DNA from: Candidatus Bipolaricaulia bacterium
GTDB taxonomy: Bacteria; Bipolaricaulota; Bipolaricaulia; JBHIAT01
Direction of reading: 5' to 3'
Assembly (NCBI GenBank): GCA_046758705.1
Contig: JBHIAT010000095.1
Span: forward strand, 1-13,695
DNA: 13,695 bases
The position numbers and the translations under genes are program-made. Positions within the stretch are counted from its first letter, which is position 1, and every line of letters starts with the position of its first letter. The notes below the pieces were generated by a model, which worked only from the letters and a program-made list of their open reading frames with translations, ran no database searches and was not told the DNA's origin. Shown here piece by piece: positions 1 through 7,391 of the stretch.

Positions 1-79
1 GCAGAGAGGTCGGCAGCGTCCTGGGAGGGCCCCGTAAAAAACGCGTAATGCACCCCAAAGCTATCCACTTACTGCGCAT
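1..79 (-). CDS. Possible 5' end of a gene running off the window (MRSKWIALGCITRFLRG...)
   Basis: ATG at 79 (minus) preceded by an SD-like AAGGGGGGG; frame open to the window edge; sits downstream of lacI where a regulated gene is expected. Only 26 codons are visible. Confidence 0.3.
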   Translation of the reverse strand, partial: MRSKWIALGCITRFLRGPPRTLPTSL

Positions 80-147
80 TTCAACCCCCCCTTATTCATT
101 TTGTACTGCTTGCCACAAGTCGATCTACCTGTAAAACCCTCACCAAA

Positions 148-1215
148 TCATCCATCACCTCCCTCGCTTCCGATTTTTCTGCTTTTGCTTCCACTTTCTT
201 CGGGTACGGATTTCGCTGTGCAGGATTGACCTTTTACCAACTTAGCCCTCAGGACCTTGGTTCGTGGTAAGCCAGGCTCTTCACCCAGGCCGCAAGCCAG
301 GAGGGACATCGCCTCCTGACCCATCTTGTAGGCGGGGATCTCGATCGTGGTCAGCCGGGGATGGACCCAGGAAGCCAGCGGGATGTTGTCGAAGCCAGCC
401 ACCCCAACCTCCTCAGGAACTCGCACACCTTGCTCCTTGAGTGTATATAGGGTCCCGATCGCCATCAGATCGTTGGCGGCGATGATCGCCTCCGGAGAAC
501 AGTAACGCAACAACCGCTGGGCGGCTTCATAGCCTCCCTCAAATGTGTAGTCCCCTTGCTCCACACAGCAGCGATGGCCCGGGGACAGTCCATGATCGGC
601 CAGAGCACCGAGGTACCCTTCAAACCGGTCCACGGCGGTGGAGACCTCCGGTGGCCCCTGAATAAACGCGATATTGCGGTAGCCCAAGCCCAACATGTGC
701 TGGGTCAGACGGTGGCCATCTCGGAAGCTGTCCACAACCACCGCGGGCACCTCAAGATGAGCCAGCCGCCGATCGGCGATGACCAGTGAGAAACCCTTGT
801 GAAGGAAGCTCTGCAGATGCGCGTTCTCCGCTGACACTGAGGTGACGATGACGCCGTCCACGCGTTCGCGGAGAAGCGTGTCGATGGCGTGATTCTCCCC
901 CTCAAGGGCGTTTTCGCTGTCGCAGATGATGACGGAGTAGTCCTGAGCCCGGGCCTCGCGCTCCACGCCGCGGATCAGCAGGGAGAAGAACGGGTTGGAG
1001 ATGTCGGGCATGATGACACCGATGATGCCCGTCTTCTGCTTGCGCAGCGTTTGAGCTCGCCTGTCAGGGGTGTAGTCTAGCTCCTCAACCGCCTGGAGGA
1101 CGCGCTGACGGGTTTCCTGGCGAATGTAATGCTGCTGACCGTTGAGCACCCGAGACACCGTCGCTGGGGAGACAGCAGCTCGCTGTGCAACATCCTTGAT
1201 AGTCACGTGTCCCAA
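148..1215 (-). CDS. LacI/GalR-family transcriptional regulator
   Basis: N-terminal HTH VTIKDVAQRAAVSPATVSRVLN, hinge LDYTPDRRAQTL, effector-domain motifs IIAANDLMAIG, VPEEVGVAGFDN and PRLTTI. Start placed at TTG 1215 (AGGGGG SD 7 nt upstream); GTG 1206 is an alternative. The ORF-track start at 1245 falls at the predicted transcription start. Confidence 0.95.
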   Translation of the reverse strand: MGHVTIKDVAQRAAVSPATVSRVLNGQQHYIRQETRQRVLQAVEELDYTPDRRAQTLRKQKTGIIGVIMPDISNPFFSLLIRGVEREARAQDYSVIICDSENALEGENHAIDTLLRERVDGVIVTSVSAENAHLQSFLHKGFSLVIADRRLAHLEVPAVVVDSFRDGHRLTQHMLGLGYRNIAFIQGPPEVSTAVDRFEGYLGALADHGLSPGHRCCVEQGDYTFEGGYEAAQRLLRYCSPEAIIAANDLMAIGTLYTLKEQGVRVPEEVGVAGFDNIPLASWVHPRLTTIEIPAYKMGQEAMSLLACGLGEEPGLPRTKVLRAKLVKGQSCTAKSVPEESGSKSRKIGSEGGDG

Positions 1216-1227
1216 GCCATTTCCCCC

Positions 1228-1254
1228 TGAAAACGTTTTCTGCAAACGTTTTAA
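1228..1254. promoter_or_regulatory. Two tandem LacI-family operators
   Basis: Perfect palindrome GAAAACGTTTTC at 1229-1240 and a second site TGCAAACGTTTTAA at 1241-1254 (core AAACGTTT). Both have the central CG typical of LacI-family operators and lie at or just downstream of the predicted lacI transcription start. Confidence 0.8.
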
Positions 1255-1282
1255 TTTTAAACCAACACCCGGTCGAAGTCAA
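1254..1282 (-). promoter_or_regulatory. sigma70-type promoter for lacI
   Basis: Minus strand: TTGACT (1282-1277), 17-bp spacer, TAAAAT (1259-1254). Confidence 0.75.
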
Positions 1283-1346
1283 CTCTGGGCAAAAATCACT
1301 GGCACTTCACAGGATAAGACCGATGGGTACACCTGAGTTCAACGAG

Positions 1347-1375
1347 TCGACAAGCCGTTTTGGTTGTGCTACCCT
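1347..1375 (+). promoter_or_regulatory. Candidate sigma70-type promoter for panB-panE
   Basis: TCGACA (1347-1352), 17-bp spacer, extended -10 TGcTACCCT (hexamer 1370-1375). Confidence 0.45.
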
Positions 1376-1441
1376 GAATTAGATTTCAAACTACCCATCG
1401 GGTGAATCTCCATCCGAAACAGAGGGAGGTGAGGGAATAAA

Positions 1442-2293
1442 ATGACTGAAAAAAGAGATGGAAACAAAATCACTGTCCCAGATCTGAGAGAAATGAAAGA
1501 GAACAGCGAGAAGATTAGCATGATCACCGCTTACGACTACCCCACCGCGCTTCTGGTCGATCGGGCCGGCATCGAGGTCATCCTGGTCGGGGATTCGGTC
1601 GGCAACACCGTCCTGGGATATCCCAACACCATCCCTGTCACGGTAGAGGAGATCTTGCACCATACCAAAGCGGTGATGCGCGGCGTCAACGATGCCCTGG
1701 TGATCGCCGATATGCCGTTCATGTCGTTCAACATCTCAACAGAACAGGCCGTCGAGAACGCCGGTCAGTTCATGAAGGAAGGTGGCGCGGATGCCGTCAA
1801 GCTTGAGGGCGGCCGAGGTGTCGCCGGTACCGTGAAAGCGCTGGCAAGAGCTGGGATTCCGGTCATGGGCCACATCGGATTGACTCCGCAACGGGTCTCC
1901 GAACTCGGCGGGTTCAAAGTCCAGGGTCGAGACCTGAAGCGGGCCCAAGAGTTGCTTGACGACGCGCTGATCCTGGAACAGGCCGGCGCATTCTCGATCG
2001 TCCTGGAGCTCGTTCCCTATCAACTGGCCCAGATCATCACTGACAAAGCCAAGATCCCGACCATCGGCATCGGAGCCGGTCCGTTCTGCGACGGCCAAGT
2101 CCTGGTCATTCATGACATTCTGGGCTTGTCCTTTCGTTTCTCGCCCAAGTTCGTCAAGCAGTATGTGAACCTGGCTGACGAGATCGAGACCGCTCTGACC
2201 ACGTTCAAACGGGAGATCAAAGCGGGCGAATTTCCCAGCGTTGAGACCCACAGCTTCTCGATGAGCGAGGAGGTATTGCAACGACTCCAATAA
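1442..2293 (+). CDS. panB: 3-methyl-2-oxobutanoate hydroxymethyltransferase (ketopantoate hydroxymethyltransferase)
   Basis: Motifs MITAYDYPTA, ILVGDSVGN, VIADMPFMSF, AVKLEGG, VMGHIGLTPQ, IPTIGIGAG, CDGQVLV; SD GGAGGTG upstream. Confidence 0.98.
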   Translation: MTEKRDGNKITVPDLREMKENSEKISMITAYDYPTALLVDRAGIEVILVGDSVGNTVLGYPNTIPVTVEEILHHTKAVMRGVNDALVIADMPFMSFNISTEQAVENAGQFMKEGGADAVKLEGGRGVAGTVKALARAGIPVMGHIGLTPQRVSELGGFKVQGRDLKRAQELLDDALILEQAGAFSIVLELVPYQLAQIITDKAKIPTIGIGAGPFCDGQVLVIHDILGLSFRFSPKFVKQYVNLADEIETALTTFKREIKAGEFPSVETHSFSMSEEVLQRLQ

Positions 2294-3213
2294 AGATCGC
2301 CATCATCGGAGCCGGGGCGATGGGCAGCCTGTTCGGTGGGCTGCTCGCCGAATCCGGGGAACGGGTGTGGCTCTTTGATCCGATCTTCGTGGAACATGTC
2401 GCGCACATCCGATCGGACGGGTTGGTGATCGAAGAGCAGGGTGAGCAGAGAACCGTTCGGGTGAACGCGACGGCCGAGATCGGTGGGGTCGGCGTGGCCG
2501 ATCTCCTGGTCATCTTCGTCAAGGCACCGGACACCGAGGCGGCAGTCCAGGGAGCGCTCCCCGCTATCGGGGATCGGACCCGGGTGTTGAGCCTGCAAAA
2601 CGGCTTGGGAATCGTCGAGACAATCGAAAAACAGATTGACAGAGATCGGATACTCCGCGGCACGACCGCCCATGGAGCCACCTTGCTCGGGCCCGGTCTC
2701 ATCAGACACGCGGGCCGCGGCCCGACAGCGATCGGGACGGCCACCGGCGACCGAGACGGACGTTTAGATAAGATCATTGACGTCTTCAACCGGGCTGATA
2801 TCGAAACCTATTATGTACAGGATACCCATCGGCTGGTCTGGGAGAAGCTGCTCATCAACCTGGCGATCAACCCGTTGACCGCCATCTTCGATGTGGCCAA
2901 TGGCAAGTTGATCTCCGACAACGAGCTGAATCGGATCATGCACCACGTCGTCCGTGAGGGCATCCAGGTGGCTCAGGCAGAGGGTCTAAACATATCTTTC
3001 CAGGAGACGATCGAACAGGTTGAGCAGGTGTGTCGCAACACCGCTGAGAATTTCTCCTCAATGTTGCAGGATGTCAGGCGCAAGGGGCAGACAGAGATCG
3101 AGTTCATCAACGGAGCGGTGGTCAACCGGGGCGATAGGTTGGAAATCGAGACCCCGCTCAACAGACTGCTGATCAAACTGGTGACCACTTCTTCACCGAA
3201 AAGAAGGTCGTGA
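2290..3213 (+). CDS. panE: 2-dehydropantoate 2-reductase (ketopantoate reductase); start codon non-canonical or uncertain
   Basis: Reading from 2290 gives IKIAIIGAGAMGSLFGG (Rossmann GxGxxG), then IFVKA, SLQNGLG, WEKLLINLAINPLTA, SSMLQDV, TEIEFINGAVV. The first ATG (2320) is inside the nucleotide-binding motif. Confidence 0.93.
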   Translation: MKIAIIGAGAMGSLFGGLLAESGERVWLFDPIFVEHVAHIRSDGLVIEEQGEQRTVRVNATAEIGGVGVADLLVIFVKAPDTEAAVQGALPAIGDRTRVLSLQNGLGIVETIEKQIDRDRILRGTTAHGATLLGPGLIRHAGRGPTAIGTATGDRDGRLDKIIDVFNRADIETYYVQDTHRLVWEKLLINLAINPLTAIFDVANGKLISDNELNRIMHHVVREGIQVAQAEGLNISFQETIEQVEQVCRNTAENFSSMLQDVRRKGQTEIEFINGAVVNRGDRLEIETPLNRLLIKLVTTSSPKRRS

Positions 3214-4533
3214 TCAGCCGATGGTTCTGAAACTAGCTGGCAGCCAGTCACCATGGGCTTCGATGAGATCGTCCACCAACGACTCAATCTGCTCTAGATC
3301 CAGTTCAGCCGCGGTGTGAGGATCCATCATCGCTGCGTGGTAGATGTGCTCGCGCTTGCCGGTCAAGGCAGCCTCCACCGTGAGTGCCTGCACGTTGATA
3401 TTAGTTTGCATCAGCGCGGCGAGTTGCGGTGGCAGGCTGCCGATACGCGTCGGCTGAATACCGTTCTTATCGACGAGGCAGGGCACCTCCACGCAGCAGT
3501 CCCCGGGCAGGTTGTCGATGATCTTGTGGTTGGGCACGTTGCCGTACACTACCCGAGGCACACCGGCCTCGAGGCTGTGAATAATCAGCGAGGCGTACTC
3601 ACCACTATGCCCGACCTCAATGGGTTCGTCACCCGTCTCGAGCTCGTCGCGCAGCGCGTCCCATTCGACAATCTGCGTCTGGCAACGACGTATGTATTCA
3701 TCCAGTGGAATGTGGTAACGTTCGATGAGATCGGGGCGGTCGCGCTTGATAAACCACGGTACGTACTCGCTGAAGTGCTCGCTGGACTCCGTGACGAAGT
3801 AGCCTAACCGCTTAAACACCTCATAACGAACGCGGTTCCATTCGGGCACACGGTCCTCGTCGATGACCTTCCGGACCAGCGGGTAGAGGTCTTCACCGTT
3901 ACGCTCGAGTTTGAGGAAAAACGCCAAATGGTTAATGCCGGCGACCACATAGTTGATCTCCTCACCCGGCACACCGATATCCTCCGCCAGTTCCCGAGCA
4001 GTGCCCGAAATGCTGTGGCACAGACCAACCGTCTCGATCTTGCTCGCCCGACTGACTGCCCAGCAGTTCATGGCCATCGGATTCACATGATTCAGATGCA
4101 CCACATCAGGGCAAAGTCGCTCCATATCTCGGCACATCTCAAGCAGCACGGGGATCGTGCGCAAGCCACGCATGATACCGCCGATACCTAACGTATCGGC
4201 GATCGTCTGACGCAGACTGTACTTTTTGGGAATCTCAAAATCGATGACCGTCCCGGGTTTATACCCCGCAACCTGAATCATATTGACGGCATAGTTGGCG
4301 CCATCTAAGGCCACTTTTCGATCGATGGTCACCTCGATCTTGGGCTTGGCACCCAGCGCATCGGCAACCTTGTGTGCCACGATTTCTGACGCCTTGAGAC
4401 GCTCCGCGTCAATGTCAAAAAGACACAGGGTAGACCCTGCCAGTTCGGGAAAGCCGAGGATGTCTCCCATCAGGTTTTTGGCGAAGATGGTGCTTCCTGC
4501 GCCAATAAAGGTGATCTTTACCATCTTTGCCAT
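3214..4533 (-). CDS. melA: Family 4 glycoside hydrolase (NAD+/Mn2+-dependent alpha-galactosidase/alpha-glucosidase, MelA-like)
   Basis: KITFIGAGSTIF, DFEIPKKY, QTIADTLGIGGIMRGLRTIP, NPMAMN, VGLCHS, AGINHL, VTESSEHFSEYVPWFI, CVEVPCLVD, HAAMMDPHT. The exact substrate is not determinable from sequence. Confidence 0.93.
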   Translation of the reverse strand: MAKMVKITFIGAGSTIFAKNLMGDILGFPELAGSTLCLFDIDAERLKASEIVAHKVADALGAKPKIEVTIDRKVALDGANYAVNMIQVAGYKPGTVIDFEIPKKYSLRQTIADTLGIGGIMRGLRTIPVLLEMCRDMERLCPDVVHLNHVNPMAMNCWAVSRASKIETVGLCHSISGTARELAEDIGVPGEEINYVVAGINHLAFFLKLERNGEDLYPLVRKVIDEDRVPEWNRVRYEVFKRLGYFVTESSEHFSEYVPWFIKRDRPDLIERYHIPLDEYIRRCQTQIVEWDALRDELETGDEPIEVGHSGEYASLIIHSLEAGVPRVVYGNVPNHKIIDNLPGDCCVEVPCLVDKNGIQPTRIGSLPPQLAALMQTNINVQALTVEAALTGKREHIYHAAMMDPHTAAELDLEQIESLVDDLIEAHGDWLPASFRTIG

Positions 4534-4542
4534 CGGGTGTCC

Positions 4543-5853
4543 CTAATCCAACTGAAAGATGATCTGCCGATCCCTCTCATCAAGCCGCACTTCGCCCTGC
4601 CAGGTGAAGACCGACGGGCCGGGCAGATAGTCCCGATCGAGCATGAACACGGGTGCAATCTCTGCCAAGAGCAGCTCAAATCGCTTGACCTGGGAGATCG
4701 GTCGCACCGCAAACCGCAGCTCGGCGATCTCCTCGGCCGTCCGTCCCGCAGGCACCTCGATCGTCGTGCGCGCCCAGCCCCCTTTGCGTATGCCACGGAG
4801 CCTGCCGTCATGGTCGTTGGTATGCCAGCGCTCTTCTCCGACGAACCGGATGGCCGCCTGGATCTCCAGGTCGCGGTGCACATAGTAGCCGGCGTAATAC
4901 TTCCTGGCCACCTCGGGAATGTTTGTCCGGTAACCCAGGTAGACGTAGTTCTTGAAGTCACTGACCGCGACCGTGTCCGGATCAGCCTCGGTCTCAACCT
5001 TTCCTTCCCGAGTGAGCTCCAACACCATGATCCGATAGGTCCAGGGGTGACGGTCCATGATGAGCTCCCGAGGGCGACCTTCCGCCGGGACGGTCGGGTC
5101 GGTGCCGGGGAGCGTCTCGGTCGGTGACATGAAGAACCGAAATTTCCCCGTGTCGTCTTCGCACAGGTTGTTATTTGGAGTGCAAACCCGCAGAATCGGA
5201 TGAGCGCCCTGCTTCTTGCCGCGGAACGGCCGATGGCGATGAAACGGAGCTTGAAATTGCTCGTCCACGATTCGGCCACCCTCATCGACGGTGATCCGAT
5301 AGACCCACTCGATATCGGTCGCCCGGCCCCAGCGGGCCATCAGGCCCGGCGTGTCCGTCCCGCCGTCCTCGTTGCTCCATACGACGCTGTACTGGATCAC
5401 CGTCCGGCCGACCTCATCCTGGCCCCGCTCGTGCCACATCACCAGCGGCACATCACTATAATTATTTTCTGGTCGCCCGTAGAGGATCGGGCTGTGTTGG
5501 TAAACGATAAAATCAGGATCGCCTGGCCGGTGAGGAATGAAGTCCACCTGCTCAACCGTGGCCCCCTGAGCTTGGGGACTCGATTTCTCCGAGGCGAAGA
5601 CGAACAGGACGGTGTGCGCTCCCGGCTCCAGACGGCCGAGCAGCGTTCGGTATTCGAAGGGCTGCTCTCCCATGAACAGAACGATGTCCTGGCTGTAGAG
5701 ATCGTCCACGTAGACGGTCAGGACCCCCGATTCGGCGTCTTGCCTGCCCCAATCGGCTCCCAACGCCTGAGCGGTCACCACCATCTCGACCTCAGCCACG
5801 GTCGCCACAGAGAACTCGGTCATATAGATCGGTGGTCCGTCAAGATCGATCAT
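4543..5853 (-). CDS. Hypothetical protein of unknown function (436 aa)
   Basis: Long ORF filling the gap between two recognisable genes (3-nt and 9-nt spacers). Protein-like, beta-rich composition with an acidic/aromatic block YSVVWSNEDGGTDTPGLMARWGRATDIEWVY. No obvious signal peptide. Confidence 0.85.
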   Translation of the reverse strand: MIDLDGPPIYMTEFSVATVAEVEMVVTAQALGADWGRQDAESGVLTVYVDDLYSQDIVLFMGEQPFEYRTLLGRLEPGAHTVLFVFASEKSSPQAQGATVEQVDFIPHRPGDPDFIVYQHSPILYGRPENNYSDVPLVMWHERGQDEVGRTVIQYSVVWSNEDGGTDTPGLMARWGRATDIEWVYRITVDEGGRIVDEQFQAPFHRHRPFRGKKQGAHPILRVCTPNNNLCEDDTGKFRFFMSPTETLPGTDPTVPAEGRPRELIMDRHPWTYRIMVLELTREGKVETEADPDTVAVSDFKNYVYLGYRTNIPEVARKYYAGYYVHRDLEIQAAIRFVGEERWHTNDHDGRLRGIRKGGWARTTIEVPAGRTAEEIAELRFAVRPISQVKRFELLLAEIAPVFMLDRDYLPGPSVFTWQGEVRLDERDRQIIFQLD

Positions 5854-5856
5854 GAT

Positions 5857-6687
5857 CTAAAGCTCAGGCCTCCCGGCATCGACCCAGGCGGTGTACCACA
5901 GGCTGGCAATGTCAGCAGCGGCTTGGTTGAATGCCCCCTGCATCGCATCGCCCGCACCCTCCTCCCACAGGGTTTGATAGTATCCCCATTCGGCTAACGA
6001 GTAGCGTGCCGCCGCCTTCGTGTCGGCCCGAAGCACCGGATCGAGCAGTCGATGGCTTTCAGCGATGATCCCGAACGCGTACTCGAGCGGGTCGTCAACG
6101 TACCAGGCCGGTTGAGGGACAAAGTAACCGTCCTTCCAGAAGAAGTCGACGAACGCCGTCTCGAAGCGTGCATGAATCCCGAAGTTCCCGGTTTGCTGAC
6201 CGTCATGGTTCTGAGTGGTGTGGAGTGGTTGGTTCGCATCGGCGACGTAGTGGCTCAGGTCGGCGGCTTTGTTCAGCAACATCTTAATATCTCCGGCCCG
6301 CATCGCCTCGGTTAACTCGTCAACCGTCACAGCGATCGCCCAGGGCAGAATCCCGATCCGGTAGACGGTCTGCTCACCGTACTTAGCGATCAAGGCGGCG
6401 AGGTCGCGGGAGACATGGGCGAACGGGTAGCTGTCATAATAGTCGATGTCGATGTAGTGCTTAGGAGCCTCGACCCCATCCTCCCCTTTGCGGCGGTCGG
6501 GGTCGAGGGCATGTTCGACAAGAAAGTCGCGATGGACAGCGAAGAAACCCTGTAACGGGGCCGGCAGGTTCTCCACCGCGTAGCGAGTCACCGCCTGGTG
6601 CGCCTTCGGCCCCCAGGGGTAGACGTGCACCGCCGGGGCGATGAGCAGTATGAGCAACGATAGCAAGCCGGCGACGAATCGGATCAC
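5857..6687 (-). CDS. Secreted S1/P1 nuclease / zinc-dependent phospholipase C superfamily protein
   Basis: Hydrophobic leader followed by WGPKAH (Zn-binding W-x4-H), DPD, HYIDID, GILPW, LSHYVADANQPLH, GIHARFE. Start placed at GTG 6687, which overlaps the upstream TGA stop (GTGA). Confidence 0.88.
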   Translation of the reverse strand: MIRFVAGLLSLLILLIAPAVHVYPWGPKAHQAVTRYAVENLPAPLQGFFAVHRDFLVEHALDPDRRKGEDGVEAPKHYIDIDYYDSYPFAHVSRDLAALIAKYGEQTVYRIGILPWAIAVTVDELTEAMRAGDIKMLLNKAADLSHYVADANQPLHTTQNHDGQQTGNFGIHARFETAFVDFFWKDGYFVPQPAWYVDDPLEYAFGIIAESHRLLDPVLRADTKAAARYSLAEWGYYQTLWEEGAGDAMQGAFNQAAADIASLWYTAWVDAGRPEL

Positions 6688-7322
6688 TGCTTTTGATAGA
6701 CCAGAGTCAACCATATCGGCGTGCGGTCCTCGTGGATCTTCTCGAACCCTTGAGCTCTGATCCAACCCTGGATCCGGTCTGAATCATGATAGAACGGATG
6801 GAACGAGAACCGCAATAACTTCATCACAAACACCTGAACTTTAAAGCCGAGCCAGACCCACCAGGTCGGCCTCGGATAGGTCACCGCGTAGATATCCCGG
6901 GTCTTCCCCAGCGATCGATTCACCAGACTCTCGGCATCCGGATAGCAGCAGATCACCTTGTCCAGGATCGTGATATCCGCTTCAGGAAGCTCCGGAGCGA
7001 TCTCGACGAAATCTCCCAGATGATAATCGACTCTGTCGCTGTAACTGAGCTCCTCAGCCAGCTTTTCGGCCTCTTTCGCCATGCCCTCCGAGATCTCGAC
7101 CCCCACAGCGCCACGCGCTCCTGTTTCCAACAAGCTCATGTGCAGGAATCCGACCCCAAATCCGATCTCAAGGATATCCTTGTCTTCGATCCCGCCTCGC
7201 TTGATCCCCTCGACCAGGGACATCTGACTCTTCCCGAGCCCCTTGTTGCGGAATCGCTGGCTCATGCGGCTCGCCTGTCTGGAAAAGAACCGGTTCGTCC
7301 CTTCAGTCTTGCAACAGGACAC
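6684..7322 (-). CDS. Class I SAM-dependent methyltransferase
   Basis: Motif I ILEIGFGVG, GVEISEG, GDFVE, ADITILDKVICCYPD. Start placed at GTG 7322 (MSCCKTEG...) behind a strong SD AAGGAGGGGG. Confidence 0.88.
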   Translation of the reverse strand: MSCCKTEGTNRFFSRQASRMSQRFRNKGLGKSQMSLVEGIKRGGIEDKDILEIGFGVGFLHMSLLETGARGAVGVEISEGMAKEAEKLAEELSYSDRVDYHLGDFVEIAPELPEADITILDKVICCYPDAESLVNRSLGKTRDIYAVTYPRPTWWVWLGFKVQVFVMKLLRFSFHPFYHDSDRIQGWIRAQGFEKIHEDRTPIWLTLVYQKQ

Positions 7323-7363
7323 CCTGACCCCCCCTCCTTGAATACACTGTTCTTGATGAGAAT

Positions 7364-7391
7364 AGTATACCGTTCTTGCTGGGAAAATCAA
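7364..7391 (-). promoter_or_regulatory. Candidate internal sigma70-type promoter upstream of the methyltransferase
   Basis: Minus strand: TTGATT (7391-7386), 16-bp spacer, TATACT (7369-7364), in an AT-rich 65-nt gap. Confidence 0.5.

Noticed and set aside
1442-3213. panB-panE without panC/panD
   Set aside because: These genes are often encoded elsewhere; absence from one window is uninformative.
4518-5997. Alternative-frame and antisense ORFs (4518..5285 -, 4537..5127 +, 5200..5997 +)
   Set aside because: No recognisable motifs; typical shadow ORFs of GC-rich coding DNA.
6688-6765. Longer start for the S1/P1 gene
   Set aside because: It overlaps the methyltransferase 3' end; GTG 6687 gives a stop/start overlap and a normal-length signal peptide.
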